From assembly GCA_964549615.1 (NCBI GenBank), contig CAZJVP010000011.1, forward strand, positions 1-64,000: a DNA stretch of 64,000 nt, read 5' to 3'. Origin of the DNA: an uncultured Thermococci archaeon. GTDB taxonomy: Archaea; CAYQAE01; CAYVLA01. The notes below the pieces were generated by a model. It was not told the origin of the DNA and ran no database searches. It was given only the letters and a program-made list of their open reading frames with translations. Of the stretch, positions 9,314 through 22,491 are shown in pieces. The position numbers were made by a program, and so were the translations under genes. Position 1 is the first letter of the stretch. Each line of letters begins with the position of its first letter.

Positions 9314-10161
9314 CGAAAACCCGGGGAAAGGACCTCTTTCACGCAATCCTCTATGACCTCGGAAACCGTCCTCCCGCAGCCGTCCATGAGTTCGATCTTG
9401 GTCGCGAGGGCCATGACCGACGCCAAGACCCAGTTTTCCGGCGTCGGTGGAAAGCTTGCCATGATGCTCGCGATGTCGATCGCACCCCGGACGGATGAAC
9501 CCCTCCTGATGTCCGGATGATCTCTCGTCTTCCTCGCTATCTTGACCGAGGTCGCTATCTGCCTTGGATCGGGGTTCTCCGACCAGATCGAGGCTATCTT
9601 CATTTCCTCCTCCTCGCTCTGGTAGTCGAGCCATATCCAGACGAAACGGTCGCGGAGGGCTTCGCTGAGGGCGGTCGTGCCGACGTACTCCGAAGGGTTC
9701 TGCGTCGCGATAACCATGAAGCCGTCGTTGGCCGTGACCGTTCCCAGCTTGGGGACGATTATCTGGTGCTCGTCCATGGCCGTGAGCAGCACGTTCTGGG
9801 TGGTTTCCATAAGCCTGTTTATCTCGTTGATGAGGAGCACCCCGCCGGCCTTCATGGCCCGGATTAGCGGCCCCTCGATGAAGGAGTTCCACGTATAGCC
9901 CTCCTTCATGACCATGGGCGGGTCAAAATATCCCACGAGCTTGTGCTCGGTGAACCTTTCGTCCCCGTCCACCCGCATGAACTCCTGGTCAAAGTAGGCC
10001 GCGATGCTCTTGGCCATGATGGTCTTTCCCGTGCCGATGTTGCCCTCGATCATGAGGTTGCGCTTTGCTAGCTTGGCCGCCAAAGCCTTCCGCAGCTCAT
10101 CGGTCCGGCCCACAATCTGGTACCGTTCCTGTATCTGTCGAACCATCTCGTCGATCTTCAA
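9310..10161 (-). CDS. MoxR-family AAA+ ATPase
   Basis: Walker A GNIGTGKT, Walker B LLINEINR (NE variant), ATQNP, ALRDRF, SVRGAI. Confidence 0.92.
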   Translation of the reverse strand: MKIDEMVRQIQERYQIVGRTDELRKALAAKLAKRNLMIEGNIGTGKTIMAKSIAAYFDQEFMRVDGDERFTEHKLVGYFDPPMVMKEGYTWNSFIEGPLIRAMKAGGVLLINEINRLMETTQNVLLTAMDEHQIIVPKLGTVTANDGFMVIATQNPSEYVGTTALSEALRDRFVWIWLDYQSEEEEMKIASIWSENPDPRQIATSVKIARKTRDHPDIRRGSSVRGAIDIASIMASFPPTPENWVLASVMALATKIELMDGCGRTVSEVIEDCVKEVLSPGFR

Positions 10162-10186
10162 GAGGTCCCGCCCTGCCTTCCAGCGT

Positions 10187-11218
10187 TCAAACCTTGATCT
10201 TTTCCGCAGTTTCTATTAAATATGACGAGATCGCCTCGCGAAGCTCCTGGATGCCTTGCTCGCGGCTAGCGCTCAGCTCGACCACGGGTGACATTCCGCT
10301 GAGGGCTCGCCTCGCCGCATCCACCTCCTGTGGGCTTGCGATGTCGACCTTGTTGATGGCGACCACGATCGCAGCCGAGAACATCTGCTTGGTCTGCCGC
10401 AACAGGGCGACTTGTTCGTCGAGGAGAAAGCCGCAGGTCGTGGTGGGATCCACCATGAACACCACTACGTCCGCCAGATGCTTGATGGCCTCGATCGCCT
10501 TCAGTTCTATGGGGTTCTTCTTCTCCATGGGACGGTCAAGCAGCCCGGGCGTGTCTATCACTTGGACCTCCCTCCAGCGCCACTCGTAGTATCCGAGCTG
10601 AATGGCCTTCGTGGTGAAGGGGAAAGGCCTAATCTCTGGCGCCGAGCCCGTTAGCGCCTTCAACAGGGTAGTTTTCCCGACGTTCGGGTATCCAGCAACG
10701 ACGACCGTTGGGATGCCGAACTTGATGGACGGGATCTCCTTCAATCTCGGCGCGAGCTCGGCTAAGTAGCTCAGATATGGGGCAAGGGATCTTGCCCTTG
10801 CAGACATCCTGCCGTAGGCCATCTTCCTGATCGACTGCATCGCAGCTGGGCTTCGGGCCCTGAGGATCTTGGAGGTAGCCCTGGAGGCAAGCGCTTCTAT
10901 CTCCGCCCGGACGCGGCCTATCTGGATCCGTGCCTCCTCAAGATCTTCCCCACCTAGGATGCTGAGGAGTTCTTGATAGAAAGGTTCAAGCTTCGACCGC
11001 GGAGGGATCGACTGCTCGATCTTAGACAGCGACCGATTCAGGTGCTTCGCTGCGCCCCTCAGCCTGGCCGTCTCCTTGATTCTCGCCTTCGCGATGGGCT
11101 TGAGCCCGGAGACGTCCACCTTCTCGGCCGCCTCGGACCCTAGCAGGAACGATCTCTCGATCAGCTCCTCGATGTTGACGAGGTCTATCCTAAACGTGAC
11201 GGGCGCTTCACCGCTCAC
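10187..11218 (-). CDS. Nog1-family ribosome biogenesis GTPase
   Basis: Helical N-domain (PFYQEL, YGRMS), GYPNVGKT, PFTTK, QVIDTPGLLDRP, NKVD, SA. Confidence 0.93.
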   Translation of the reverse strand: MSGEAPVTFRIDLVNIEELIERSFLLGSEAAEKVDVSGLKPIAKARIKETARLRGAAKHLNRSLSKIEQSIPPRSKLEPFYQELLSILGGEDLEEARIQIGRVRAEIEALASRATSKILRARSPAAMQSIRKMAYGRMSARARSLAPYLSYLAELAPRLKEIPSIKFGIPTVVVAGYPNVGKTTLLKALTGSAPEIRPFPFTTKAIQLGYYEWRWREVQVIDTPGLLDRPMEKKNPIELKAIEAIKHLADVVVFMVDPTTTCGFLLDEQVALLRQTKQMFSAAIVVAINKVDIASPQEVDAARRALSGMSPVVELSASREQGIQELREAISSYLIETAEKIKV

Positions 11219-11474
11219 GCGACCACCGCACCCTGCCGTCGGAGGACCTGACCTCTCTGACCCTGTGGAACGGTATGTGTGAGATCTCGTCGCCCTTTCT
11301 GATGGTGATCGTTCCACCGCCGATCTCCAGGACGTCCTTTCCTTTGAACGATTTGAGCCTGGCAACGGTTGCCCCGTGGAGGTCTTTGGCACGATCTAGG
11401 TAAGATATGGTCGCGTTCTCGAAATCTTCACGGGGATCCCACTTCAGCTTTGAAAGAAGATGCCTCAGGGCCAT
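11208..11474 (-). CDS. DUF504 / MJ1316-like RNA-binding domain protein
   Basis: LSKLKWDP...ISYLDR...IPFHRVREV signature. Confidence 0.85.
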   Translation of the reverse strand: MALRHLLSKLKWDPREDFENATISYLDRAKDLHGATVARLKSFKGKDVLEIGGGTITIRKGDEISHIPFHRVREVRSSDGRVRWSRER

Positions 11475-11655
11475 CGTCCATCTTCCCCACGCTCGCGAGA
11501 AATAAGTTTTCTCGAAGCGGCAAGCGCGTCACAAGGCTCTCAGGGTCACATCGGGCGGGCTGCCAGACGCAGCCATTTCGGCTGGACGATTCGCCGCTCC
11601 CGTCTGGAAGTAGTGGGAACAAAACATATAACGCGCAGTCGCAAGCGCGCCTCGG

Positions 11656-12702
11656 ATGACGGCATGGAAAGCCTTCAGACAGAGGACTCGTAAGGTCGCA
11701 GAGGAGGGGCCCTTCCTGGTGGCGGGCAAGAAGAATATGCTCTACCTCTCCGGCACAGACGCTGCGACCTTCATGCTCGTTCCCTCGGACGGCGACCCCA
11801 TTCTCCTCGTTCCCAGGTTGGAGGGGGACAGGGCGAGATCCGAGTCCTGGGTGGGCGACGTGAGGGAGTACGAGGCCGGCCCCGTTCCTCTGAGAAAGGG
11901 CGAGAAGTGCATCTTCCTCCCCCCCGTAGATGCCCTGACAAACGCACTCGACGAGTTAGGGATAACGACGCTTCGATTTGATTCCCTCGATGAAAAGACC
12001 TTCTTACGGCTTTCTCGCTACTGTCCCACCCGGTCACCCCTGTTGGAAGGGATGAGGATGGTCAAGTCCACGGAGGAGATCGCGATCATATCTCGGGCCT
12101 GCAAGCTCGCGGGCGAAGCCTACCTTGATGTCTCCTCGGAGCTTGAGGGAAACCCCACGGAGCTTGAGGTGGCGGCAAGGATCCACTCTGCCATGGCCGC
12201 TAGGGGCGCAACCTGCGCGTTCGAGCCAATCGTGGCCTTCGGGGCAAGGTCCGCCTTTCCGCACTCGACGCCAGGCAGAAAGAGGCTCTCCTCGTCGTCG
12301 CCGGTGATGGTCGATATGGGCGCCAGGGTCGAGGGATACTGCAGCGACATCACGCGGACCGTCGTGAGGGCGCCAGGTCCGGCCGAGCGAACTCTGGAGG
12401 TCGTGAGGTCGACGCTCCGCGACGTCGTGGACCATCTGGAGCCCGGGATGCCGGTTTCGCAGGCCGACCTTCTTGCGAGGAGGTTCATGGGAAGATATGC
12501 CGCCTTCTTCACACACCGCCTAGGCCACGGGATCGGCCTTGACGTGCACGAGCCCCCATCCCTCTGCCCAAGCAGCCAGGAGGTGCTGAGGGACGGGATG
12601 GTATTCACCGTCGAGCCGGGCCTGTACTACCCGAACAGGTACGGGGTGAGATGGGAAGAGGATGTGGTCTGCTGGAAAGGAAGGTTCAGGATCCTCGGAT
12701 AG
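11656..12702 (+). CDS. Xaa-Pro aminopeptidase / prolidase (M24B)
   Basis: RMVKSTEEI, PH, DMGA...YCSDITRT, HRLGHGIGLDVHE, FTVEPGLY, GVRWEEDV. Confidence 0.93.
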   Translation: MTAWKAFRQRTRKVAEEGPFLVAGKKNMLYLSGTDAATFMLVPSDGDPILLVPRLEGDRARSESWVGDVREYEAGPVPLRKGEKCIFLPPVDALTNALDELGITTLRFDSLDEKTFLRLSRYCPTRSPLLEGMRMVKSTEEIAIISRACKLAGEAYLDVSSELEGNPTELEVAARIHSAMAARGATCAFEPIVAFGARSAFPHSTPGRKRLSSSSPVMVDMGARVEGYCSDITRTVVRAPGPAERTLEVVRSTLRDVVDHLEPGMPVSQADLLARRFMGRYAAFFTHRLGHGIGLDVHEPPSLCPSSQEVLRDGMVFTVEPGLYYPNRYGVRWEEDVVCWKGRFRILG

Positions 12703-12871
12703 AGCATTATATAGAAAACTCCGTCTCTACATAGCAAGAAGTAAAATTTATAAACGCGGTTCCGGAGGTGTCGACGGTCTTCTCCGAGGGAACTCTGCTT
12801 GCCCGGCCGCTTCTCCTCTAGCTTGGACGAGATTAACTCGGCATGCTCTTGCTCCCTTGGGCCTGGCCTCC

Positions 12872-12945
12872 GGGCCCGTAGCTCAGTCTGGCAGAGCACT
12901 GGCCTTTTAAGCCAGGTGTCCGGGGTTCGATTCCCCGCGGGCCCG
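12872..12945 (+). tRNA. tRNA-Lys (TTT)
   Basis: Complete cloverleaf GGGCCCG...CTGGC CT TTT AA GCCAG...TTCGATT...CGGGCCC G; no intron. Confidence 0.96.
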
Positions 12946-12966
12946 CTTGGCTAGGGGGTTTGTATC

Positions 12967-15900
12967 ATGGTGGGACCTAGATGGCCATTGATGAAGGCCT
13001 TCTTCGAAGAGAAAGGCCTCGTTAGACAGCACTTGGATTCCTACAACTACTTCGTTAGCGTCGGAATCCAAGAGGTCATTGATGAGATCGGCGAGATAAG
13101 CTTGGACGTTGAGGATTATCGCGTCAAGCTCGGGAGGGTTACCATCCGGGCACCGTCGATCAAGGAGGCGGACGGCGCGCGCAGGGCGATCACGCCCATG
13201 GAAGCGCGCCTCAGGAGCCTCACCTATTCAGCCCCGATCTACCTTCACATGACCCTCATGAACGCCGACCTTGAGGTCGAGAGCGAAGAGGTCTACGTCG
13301 GCGAACTTCCCGTGATGCTCAAGTCCGATCTCTGCGCGCTGCACGGCATGTCCGAGGATGAGCTCGTGCAGGCGGGCGAGGACCCCGCGGACCCTGGCGG
13401 ATACTTCATCATCAACGGGACCGAGAGGGTCATCGTCTCGATAGAGGAGCTCGCCGAGGACCGGATGATAACCGAGAGGGATGAGAGGACGCAGTCGCAG
13501 AGGACGCGTCTTTTTTCGACCCGCCACGGTTACCGGGCCAAGATAATGGTCGAGAGGAAAAGGGACGGGGCATTGAGGGTCTCGTTTCCCAGGGTTCCGG
13601 GGTATGTCCCGCTCGTGGTTCTGATGCGGGCCCTAGGGATGGAGATGGACCGGGACATCGCGGACGCGGTCTCCAAGGACCCGGACATTCTGAACGAGCT
13701 GTACCCGAACCTGGAGGATGCTAGGGAGATTTCGACCCAGCAGGAGGCACTGGACTTCATCGGCAGAAGGGTGGCGGCGGGCCAGGTTCTTGAGCGCAGG
13801 ATCGAGAGGGCCGAGCAGGTCATCGATCGCTCGCTCCTGCCGCATCTTGGAAATGAGCCGGCGGACAGGATGAAGAAGGCCTATTACCTCGGGAGGATGG
13901 CGGAGAGAACCATAGAGCTTGCGCTGGGAAAGAGGGACGAGGACGACAAGGATCACTATGGCAACAAGCGGCTTAGCTTGGCCGGCGACTTGTTAAAGAA
14001 CCTATTCAGGGTCTCCTTCACGGCGCTGGGCAAAGACATAAAGTACCAGCTCGAGAGGAGCATCAGCAGGGGGAAGAGGCTGAAGATCGGCATTGCGGTG
14101 CGAGCAGACCAGCTCTCGGAGAAGATGAAGCACGCCCTCGCCACAGGGAACTGGCCCGGAGGAAGGACTGGCGTCAGCCAGCTCCTTGCTCGCGAGAACT
14201 TCACGACCGCTTTGTCGCATCTTCGAAGGGTCATCTCCACGCTCAGCAGGTCCCAGTCGCACTTTGAGGCAAGGGACCTCCATGCAACGCATTACGGGCG
14301 TCTCTGTCCGTCTGAGACGCCGGAAGGGCCCAACTGCGGCCTCGTCAAGAACCTTTCGCTCATGGCGATAATCTCCACAAACGCCGATGTCGAGGTCGTG
14401 GAGAACACCCTCTATGACCTGGGCGTACGAAAGCTCGTTCCCGGCAAGAAGGAAGCGGGGGCGGCGGTCTACCTCAATGGCAGGCTGGTCGGCGTGGTCG
14501 ACGACGGCTCGGCCCTCACGGACAGGATCAGGAGCCTGCGAAGGAAGGGGATGATATCCGAGGAGGTAAATGTCAGGCTGATGAAGACCACGAATGAGGT
14601 GCTCGTCTACTGCGACGCGGGCAGGGTTAGGCGCCCGTTGATAGTCGTGGAGAACGGCGTTCCGCTGGTCACGGACGAGCACATACGCCAGATCCAGAGC
14701 GGGGAGATCAAGTGGAGCGACCTGATCGCCGAGGGCGTGATCGAGTACCTGGATGCTGAGGAGGAGGAGAACTGTCTCATCGCGATCAGTGAGGACCAGC
14801 TTGGCCCAGAGCACACCCACCTGGAGATCGACCCCTCTGCGACGTTGGGGATCTGTGCCTCACTCATCCCGTACCCGGAGCACAATGCATCCCCCAGGAA
14901 CACCTACGGGGCAGGGATGGCCAAGCAGGCGCTCGGATTCTACGCGTCAAACTACCAGCTCAGAATGGACACCAGGGCCCACCTTCTTCACTACCCGCAG
15001 AAGCCCATAGCTGAGACTGGGGTCATGGATGCGATAGGCCTCAACAGGCGGCCGTCCGGCCAGAACTTCGTCGTCGCCGTCGGCTGCTTCTACGGCTTCA
15101 ACATCGAGGATGCGTTGGTCATCAACCAGTCGTCAATCGAGCGGGGCCTCTCGAGGTCGACCTTCTTCAGGTCCTACGACGCGGAGGAGAAGAGGTACCC
15201 GGGAGGACAGGTGGACATCTTCGAGCTTCCGGAGGAGGAGGCTAGGGGCTTCAGGGGGGATGAGAAGTACAGGTGGTTGGACTCCGACGGAGTGATCTGG
15301 CCGGAGTCCCAGGTTCTCAGTGGGGATGTGCTGATAGGCAGGACGAGCCCCCCGAGGTTTCTGGAGGAGATGGACCGGTTCGGCACCAGGGTCGAGAGGA
15401 GGAGGGAGACCTCCGTCTATGTGAGGCACCGCGAGGAGGGGATAGCTGACGTCGTTATGCTCTCGGAGACCTCCGAAGGGAACAAGCTCTGCAAGGTCAA
15501 GGTCCGCGACTTGAGATGCCCGGAGATCGGGGACAAGTTCGCCTCCCGGCACGGCCAGAAAGGCGTGATCGGCCTCATCGTTCCCCATGAGGACATGCCG
15601 TTCACTGAGGACGGCGTCGTGCCGGACCTGATCATTAATCCCCACGCGATTCCGGGAAGGAAGACCGTCGGCCAGATTCTTGAGACGCTGGCTGGAAAGG
15701 TAGGCGCTTTGCGCGGGGAGCCGGTCGACACCACGCCTTTCTTCGGCATGACCGAGGACGAGATCAGGAGCGCGCTCGAGGAGAGGTGTTTCGACTATGC
15801 CGGTAAAGAGGTCCTCTACGACGGAATCACGGGCGAGAAGATGCAGATGGACATGTTCATCGGCGTGACCTACTACTGGAAGTTGCACCACATGGTCTCC

Positions 15901-16266
15901 GACAAGATCCATGCCAGGTCCCGGGGTCCGATCCAGATGCTGACCCGCCAGCCCACCGAGGGGCGCGCCCGCGAAGGCGGCCTGCGGTTCGGCGAGATGG
16001 AGAGGGACTGCTTGGTCGGCCACGGGGCCGCGCTGCTGTTGAAGGAGAGGTTGCTCGATGAGTCCGACAAGTGCGTGGTGCTGGTTTGCACGACCTGCGG
16101 AAGCATAGGTGTCTACGATAGGATCACGGATACCCAGTACTGCCCGATGTGTGCGGAGGCAAGCCTCCTTGAAGAGGTGGAGATCTCCTACGCGTTCAAG
16201 CTACTCGTCGACGAGCTGAAATCCCTGGGCGTGAACCCGAGGTTCGGGCTGAAGGACAAGGCATAG
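12967..16266 (+). CDS. rpoB: RNA polymerase subunit B (Rpo2, unsplit)
   Basis: [49 protein letters not shown]-terminal Zn ribbon. Confidence 0.98.
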   Translation: MVGPRWPLMKAFFEEKGLVRQHLDSYNYFVSVGIQEVIDEIGEISLDVEDYRVKLGRVTIRAPSIKEADGARRAITPMEARLRSLTYSAPIYLHMTLMNADLEVESEEVYVGELPVMLKSDLCALHGMSEDELVQAGEDPADPGGYFIINGTERVIVSIEELAEDRMITERDERTQSQRTRLFSTRHGYRAKIMVERKRDGALRVSFPRVPGYVPLVVLMRALGMEMDRDIADAVSKDPDILNELYPNLEDAREISTQQEALDFIGRRVAAGQVLERRIERAEQVIDRSLLPHLGNEPADRMKKAYYLGRMAERTIELALGKRDEDDKDHYGNKRLSLAGDLLKNLFRVSFTALGKDIKYQLERSISRGKRLKIGIAVRADQLSEKMKHALATGNWPGGRTGVSQLLARENFTTALSHLRRVISTLSRSQSHFEARDLHATHYGRLCPSETPEGPNCGLVKNLSLMAIISTNADVEVVENTLYDLGVRKLVPGKKEAGAAVYLNGRLVGVVDDGSALTDRIRSLRRKGMISEEVNVRLMKTTNEVLVYCDAGRVRRPLIVVENGVPLVTDEHIRQIQSGEIKWSDLIAEGVIEYLDAEEEENCLIAISEDQLGPEHTHLEIDPSATLGICASLIPYPEHNASPRNTYGAGMAKQALGFYASNYQLRMDTRAHLLHYPQKPIAETGVMDAIGLNRRPSGQNFVVAVGCFYGFNIEDALVINQSSIERGLSRSTFFRSYDAEEKRYPGGQVDIFELPEEEARGFRGDEKYRWLDSDGVIWPESQVLSGDVLIGRTSPPRFLEEMDRFGTRVERRRETSVYVRHREEGIADVVMLSETSEGNKLCKVKVRDLRCPEIGDKFASRHGQKGVIGLIVPHEDMPFTEDGVVPDLIINPHAIPGRKTVGQILETLAGKVGALRGEPVDTTPFFGMTEDEIRSALEERCFDYAGKEVLYDGITGEKMQMDMFIGVTYYWKLHHMVSDKIHARSRGPIQMLTRQPTEGRAREGGLRFGEMERDCLVGHGAALLLKERLLDESDKCVVLVCTTCGSIGVYDRITDTQYCPMCAEASLLEEVEISYAFKLLVDELKSLGVNPRFGLKDKA

Positions 16267-16274
16267 GTGATGGC

Positions 16275-20053
<3,779 letters not shown>

Positions 20054-20056
20054 GGG

Positions 20057-20359
20057 TTGGACCTCGAGAAGGCACTTCGGCAGGCCATCGAGAGCGGCAA
20101 GGTCGAACTCGGGATGGACTCGACCATGAAGGCTGCCAAGACAGGCAGGGCTAGGTTGGTCATCGTCTCCAGCAGATTCCCGCCAGATGCGCGCCAGGAC
20201 CTTCAACGTTACGCGTCGATGTCCAAGGTGCCGGTCTTGGAGTTCAAGGGCGACAGCGCGGAGCTGGGCAGGGTGTGCAGGAAGCCCTTTCAGGTGGCGT
20301 CGCTCGCCGTCATAGATCCGGGGTCCTCCAACATCCTGTCCGCCGTCAAGGGTGGGTAG
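20057..20359 (+). CDS. rpl30e: 50S ribosomal protein L30e
   Basis: ELGRVCRKPFQVASLAVIDPGSSNIL; canonical position after rpoA2. Confidence 0.95.
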   Translation: MDLEKALRQAIESGKVELGMDSTMKAAKTGRARLVIVSSRFPPDARQDLQRYASMSKVPVLEFKGDSAELGRVCRKPFQVASLAVIDPGSSNILSAVKGG

Positions 20360-20789
20360 GTTGGGATTCAAACTCAGCGCTGAGCAGATCCAGTACATAG
20401 CCATGTTTGAGAACCTGACCGGCGCAACGGTCGTGGACTGCGTGGTGCCGGAGAAGGGCAACAGGGCGGTTTTCGTTGTGAAGAGGGGGGACATTAGCAT
20501 GGCCATCGGCCGCGGCGGGTTCAACGTAAAGAAGGCCAGCAGCTTGCTCCACCGGGACATAGAGGTGGTCGAGTACGTCGATGACCCGAAGGAGTTCATC
20601 AGCAAGATGGTTCTGCCCGCAAGGATTCAGGGAGTTCGGATCGTGGAGGGCAACGGCAAGAAAACCGCCTACGTCAGCGTCCACCCCCACGACAGGGGCA
20701 TCGCGATCGGGCGCGACGGGGCCACCATCCAGAAGGTAAAGTTGCTCTCAAAGCGGCACCACTCCATTGACGACGTCATCATCGTGTGA
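20352..20789 (+). CDS. nusA: Archaeal NusA (two KH domains)
   Basis: AIGRGG and AIGRDG KH motifs; canonical synteny. Confidence 0.95.
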   Translation: MGRLGFKLSAEQIQYIAMFENLTGATVVDCVVPEKGNRAVFVVKRGDISMAIGRGGFNVKKASSLLHRDIEVVEYVDDPKEFISKMVLPARIQGVRIVEGNGKKTAYVSVHPHDRGIAIGRDGATIQKVKLLSKRHHSIDDVIIV

Positions 20790-20872
20790 GCGTGGTTAGC
20801 CGGGACAAGGCGATCGTCGCCGCCGGCGTTACCGCCCCGCGGTTCCTCTGGTGGAGCGAGCGACGCAGCTAG

Positions 20873-20887
20873 GATAAAGTTATAAGT
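20873..20887 (+). promoter_or_regulatory. Probable BRE/TATA promoter for eIF1A-S12-S7-EF2
   Basis: GATAAAGTTATAAGT, an AT-rich island in a GC-rich intergenic region. Confidence 0.55.
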
Positions 20888-20974
20888 CTTCTTTAAGAGG
20901 AGACTCCACACAAGGTCCAGGTTGGGCAAGACCTTGGGTCCTTTGCTGATCTGGGCCGTTCTCGAGGCACGTCC

Positions 20975-21274
20975 TTGTCCGCGGATGAAGAGGAGCTAAA
21001 GGTAAGAATCCCGAAACGAAACGAGGTCATCGGGCTTGTCCAGCAGATGCTGGGCACCGGGAGGCTCCGCGTAAGGTGCATGGATGGTAACCTGCGGCTC
21101 TGCCGCATACCGGGCAGGATGCGCAAGAGGGTCTGGATCAGGGAGGGCGATGTGGTGTTGGTGGAGCTTGACGACGTCCAGAGCCATGCGAAGGGCGACA
21201 TCAGCTACCGCTACACCCAGGATCAGGTTCGCTGGCTGAAGCGCGAGAAATACCTGCCGGAGGTGCCAGTTTGA
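20975..21274 (+). CDS. eif1a: Translation initiation factor aIF-1A
   Basis: [36 protein letters not shown]...KGDISYRYT. Confidence 0.95.
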   Translation: MSADEEELKVRIPKRNEVIGLVQQMLGTGRLRVRCMDGNLRLCRIPGRMRKRVWIREGDVVLVELDDVQSHAKGDISYRYTQDQVRWLKREKYLPEVPV

Positions 21275-21708
21275 GCAAGGGGGGAAGGGGAATCTACGCA
21301 TCGCGGAAGCTCAAAAAGGATAGGTCGAGATTCCGCTGGAGAGACCGCTACTACATGAGGAGGGTGCTCAGGCTCGATGAGAAGGCCGACCCGCTGGAGG
21401 GTGCGCCGCAGGCGAGGGGCATAGTCCTGTTCAGGGACAAGGTCGAGGCCAAGCAGCCCAACTCAGCCTGGAGAAAGGTCGTTAGGGTACAGTTGATCAA
21501 GAACGGCAGGCAGGTCACCGCCTTCTGTCCGGGCGATGGCGCGCAGAAGTACGTGGATGAGCACGACGAGGTCATCATCGAGGGGATCGGAGGCTCAAGA
21601 GGGGGCTCCTACGGGGATCTTCCCGGGGTGCGCTGGAAGGTGGTCAAGGTCAACGGCGTCTCCCTGAACGAGCTTGTGAGGGGACGGAAGGAGAAGCCGG
21701 TGCGGTAG
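21271..21708 (+). CDS. rps12: 30S ribosomal protein S12 (uS12)
   Basis: [39 protein letters not shown]. Confidence 0.97.
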   Translation: MSKGGRGIYASRKLKKDRSRFRWRDRYYMRRVLRLDEKADPLEGAPQARGIVLFRDKVEAKQPNSAWRKVVRVQLIKNGRQVTAFCPGDGAQKYVDEHDEVIIEGIGGSRGGSYGDLPGVRWKVVKVNGVSLNELVRGRKEKPVR

Positions 21709-21727
21709 CGGGTCTCGGGTTGATTCC

Positions 21728-22486
21728 ATGGCCAAGAAGAAGCGGAAGGCGAAGGGGAAGAAGAAGGCAAGGCCGAAACCCGAGGTGCAGGAGGAGGTCA
21801 GGCCCGCCGTCGTGGAAGCCGCCCAGGTCGAGGCGAAGCCCGAGGTTGTCCCCGAGCCGGTGGCTGAGGCCAAGCCGACCGAGGAGCCGATGAAGCTCTT
21901 CGGCAGGTGGAGTTTCTCCAACATCACGATCCCCGACCCCGGTATCAGGGGCTACGTGAATCTTAACCCGATCATAATTCCACACACGGCTGGGAAGCTC
22001 GGCAACAAGCCCTTCGGCAAGTCGGGGATGAACATCGTTGAGAGGCTGGTCAACAAGGTCATGCGCTCCGGCGCCGGGGAAAAGATCGGGGGAAGGTTCA
22101 TCCGGAACAAGTACGGCTGCGGCAAGAAGGAGAAGGCCATCAGGCAGATCAGGGAGGCCTTCGAGATCGTGGAAAAGAGGACCAACCAGAACCCCATCCA
22201 GATCCTCGTGATGGCCATCGGGAACTGTGCTCCCCGCGAGGAGACGACCAAGATATCCTATGGGGGTATATCCTATGCCAAGTCGGTGGATGTCTCTCCC
22301 CAGAGGAGGGTGGACTTAGCGCTTCGCAACATAGCGAGGGGAGCACTGTCATCATCCTTCAAGTCGAAGAAGACGTTCGTCGAGGCCTTGGCGGATGAGC
22401 TCATCCTGGCCGCAAACGGCGATCCCAAGAGCCATGCGGTCGCAAGGAAGGAGGAGACAGAAAGGGTTGCGATGTCGGCGAGGTAG
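21728..22486 (+). CDS. rps7: 30S ribosomal protein S7 (uS7) with N-terminal low-complexity extension
   Basis: [40 protein letters not shown]. Confidence 0.96.
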   Translation: MAKKKRKAKGKKKARPKPEVQEEVRPAVVEAAQVEAKPEVVPEPVAEAKPTEEPMKLFGRWSFSNITIPDPGIRGYVNLNPIIIPHTAGKLGNKPFGKSGMNIVERLVNKVMRSGAGEKIGGRFIRNKYGCGKKEKAIRQIREAFEIVEKRTNQNPIQILVMAIGNCAPREETTKISYGGISYAKSVDVSPQRRVDLALRNIARGALSSSFKSKKTFVEALADELILAANGDPKSHAVARKEETERVAMSAR

Positions 22487-22491
22487 ATCGC

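Noticed and set aside
9314-9892. 544-aa version of the VWA ORF
   Set aside because: The N-terminal ~190 codons are an alternative frame of the MoxR gene; a GTG start overlapping the MoxR stop fits better
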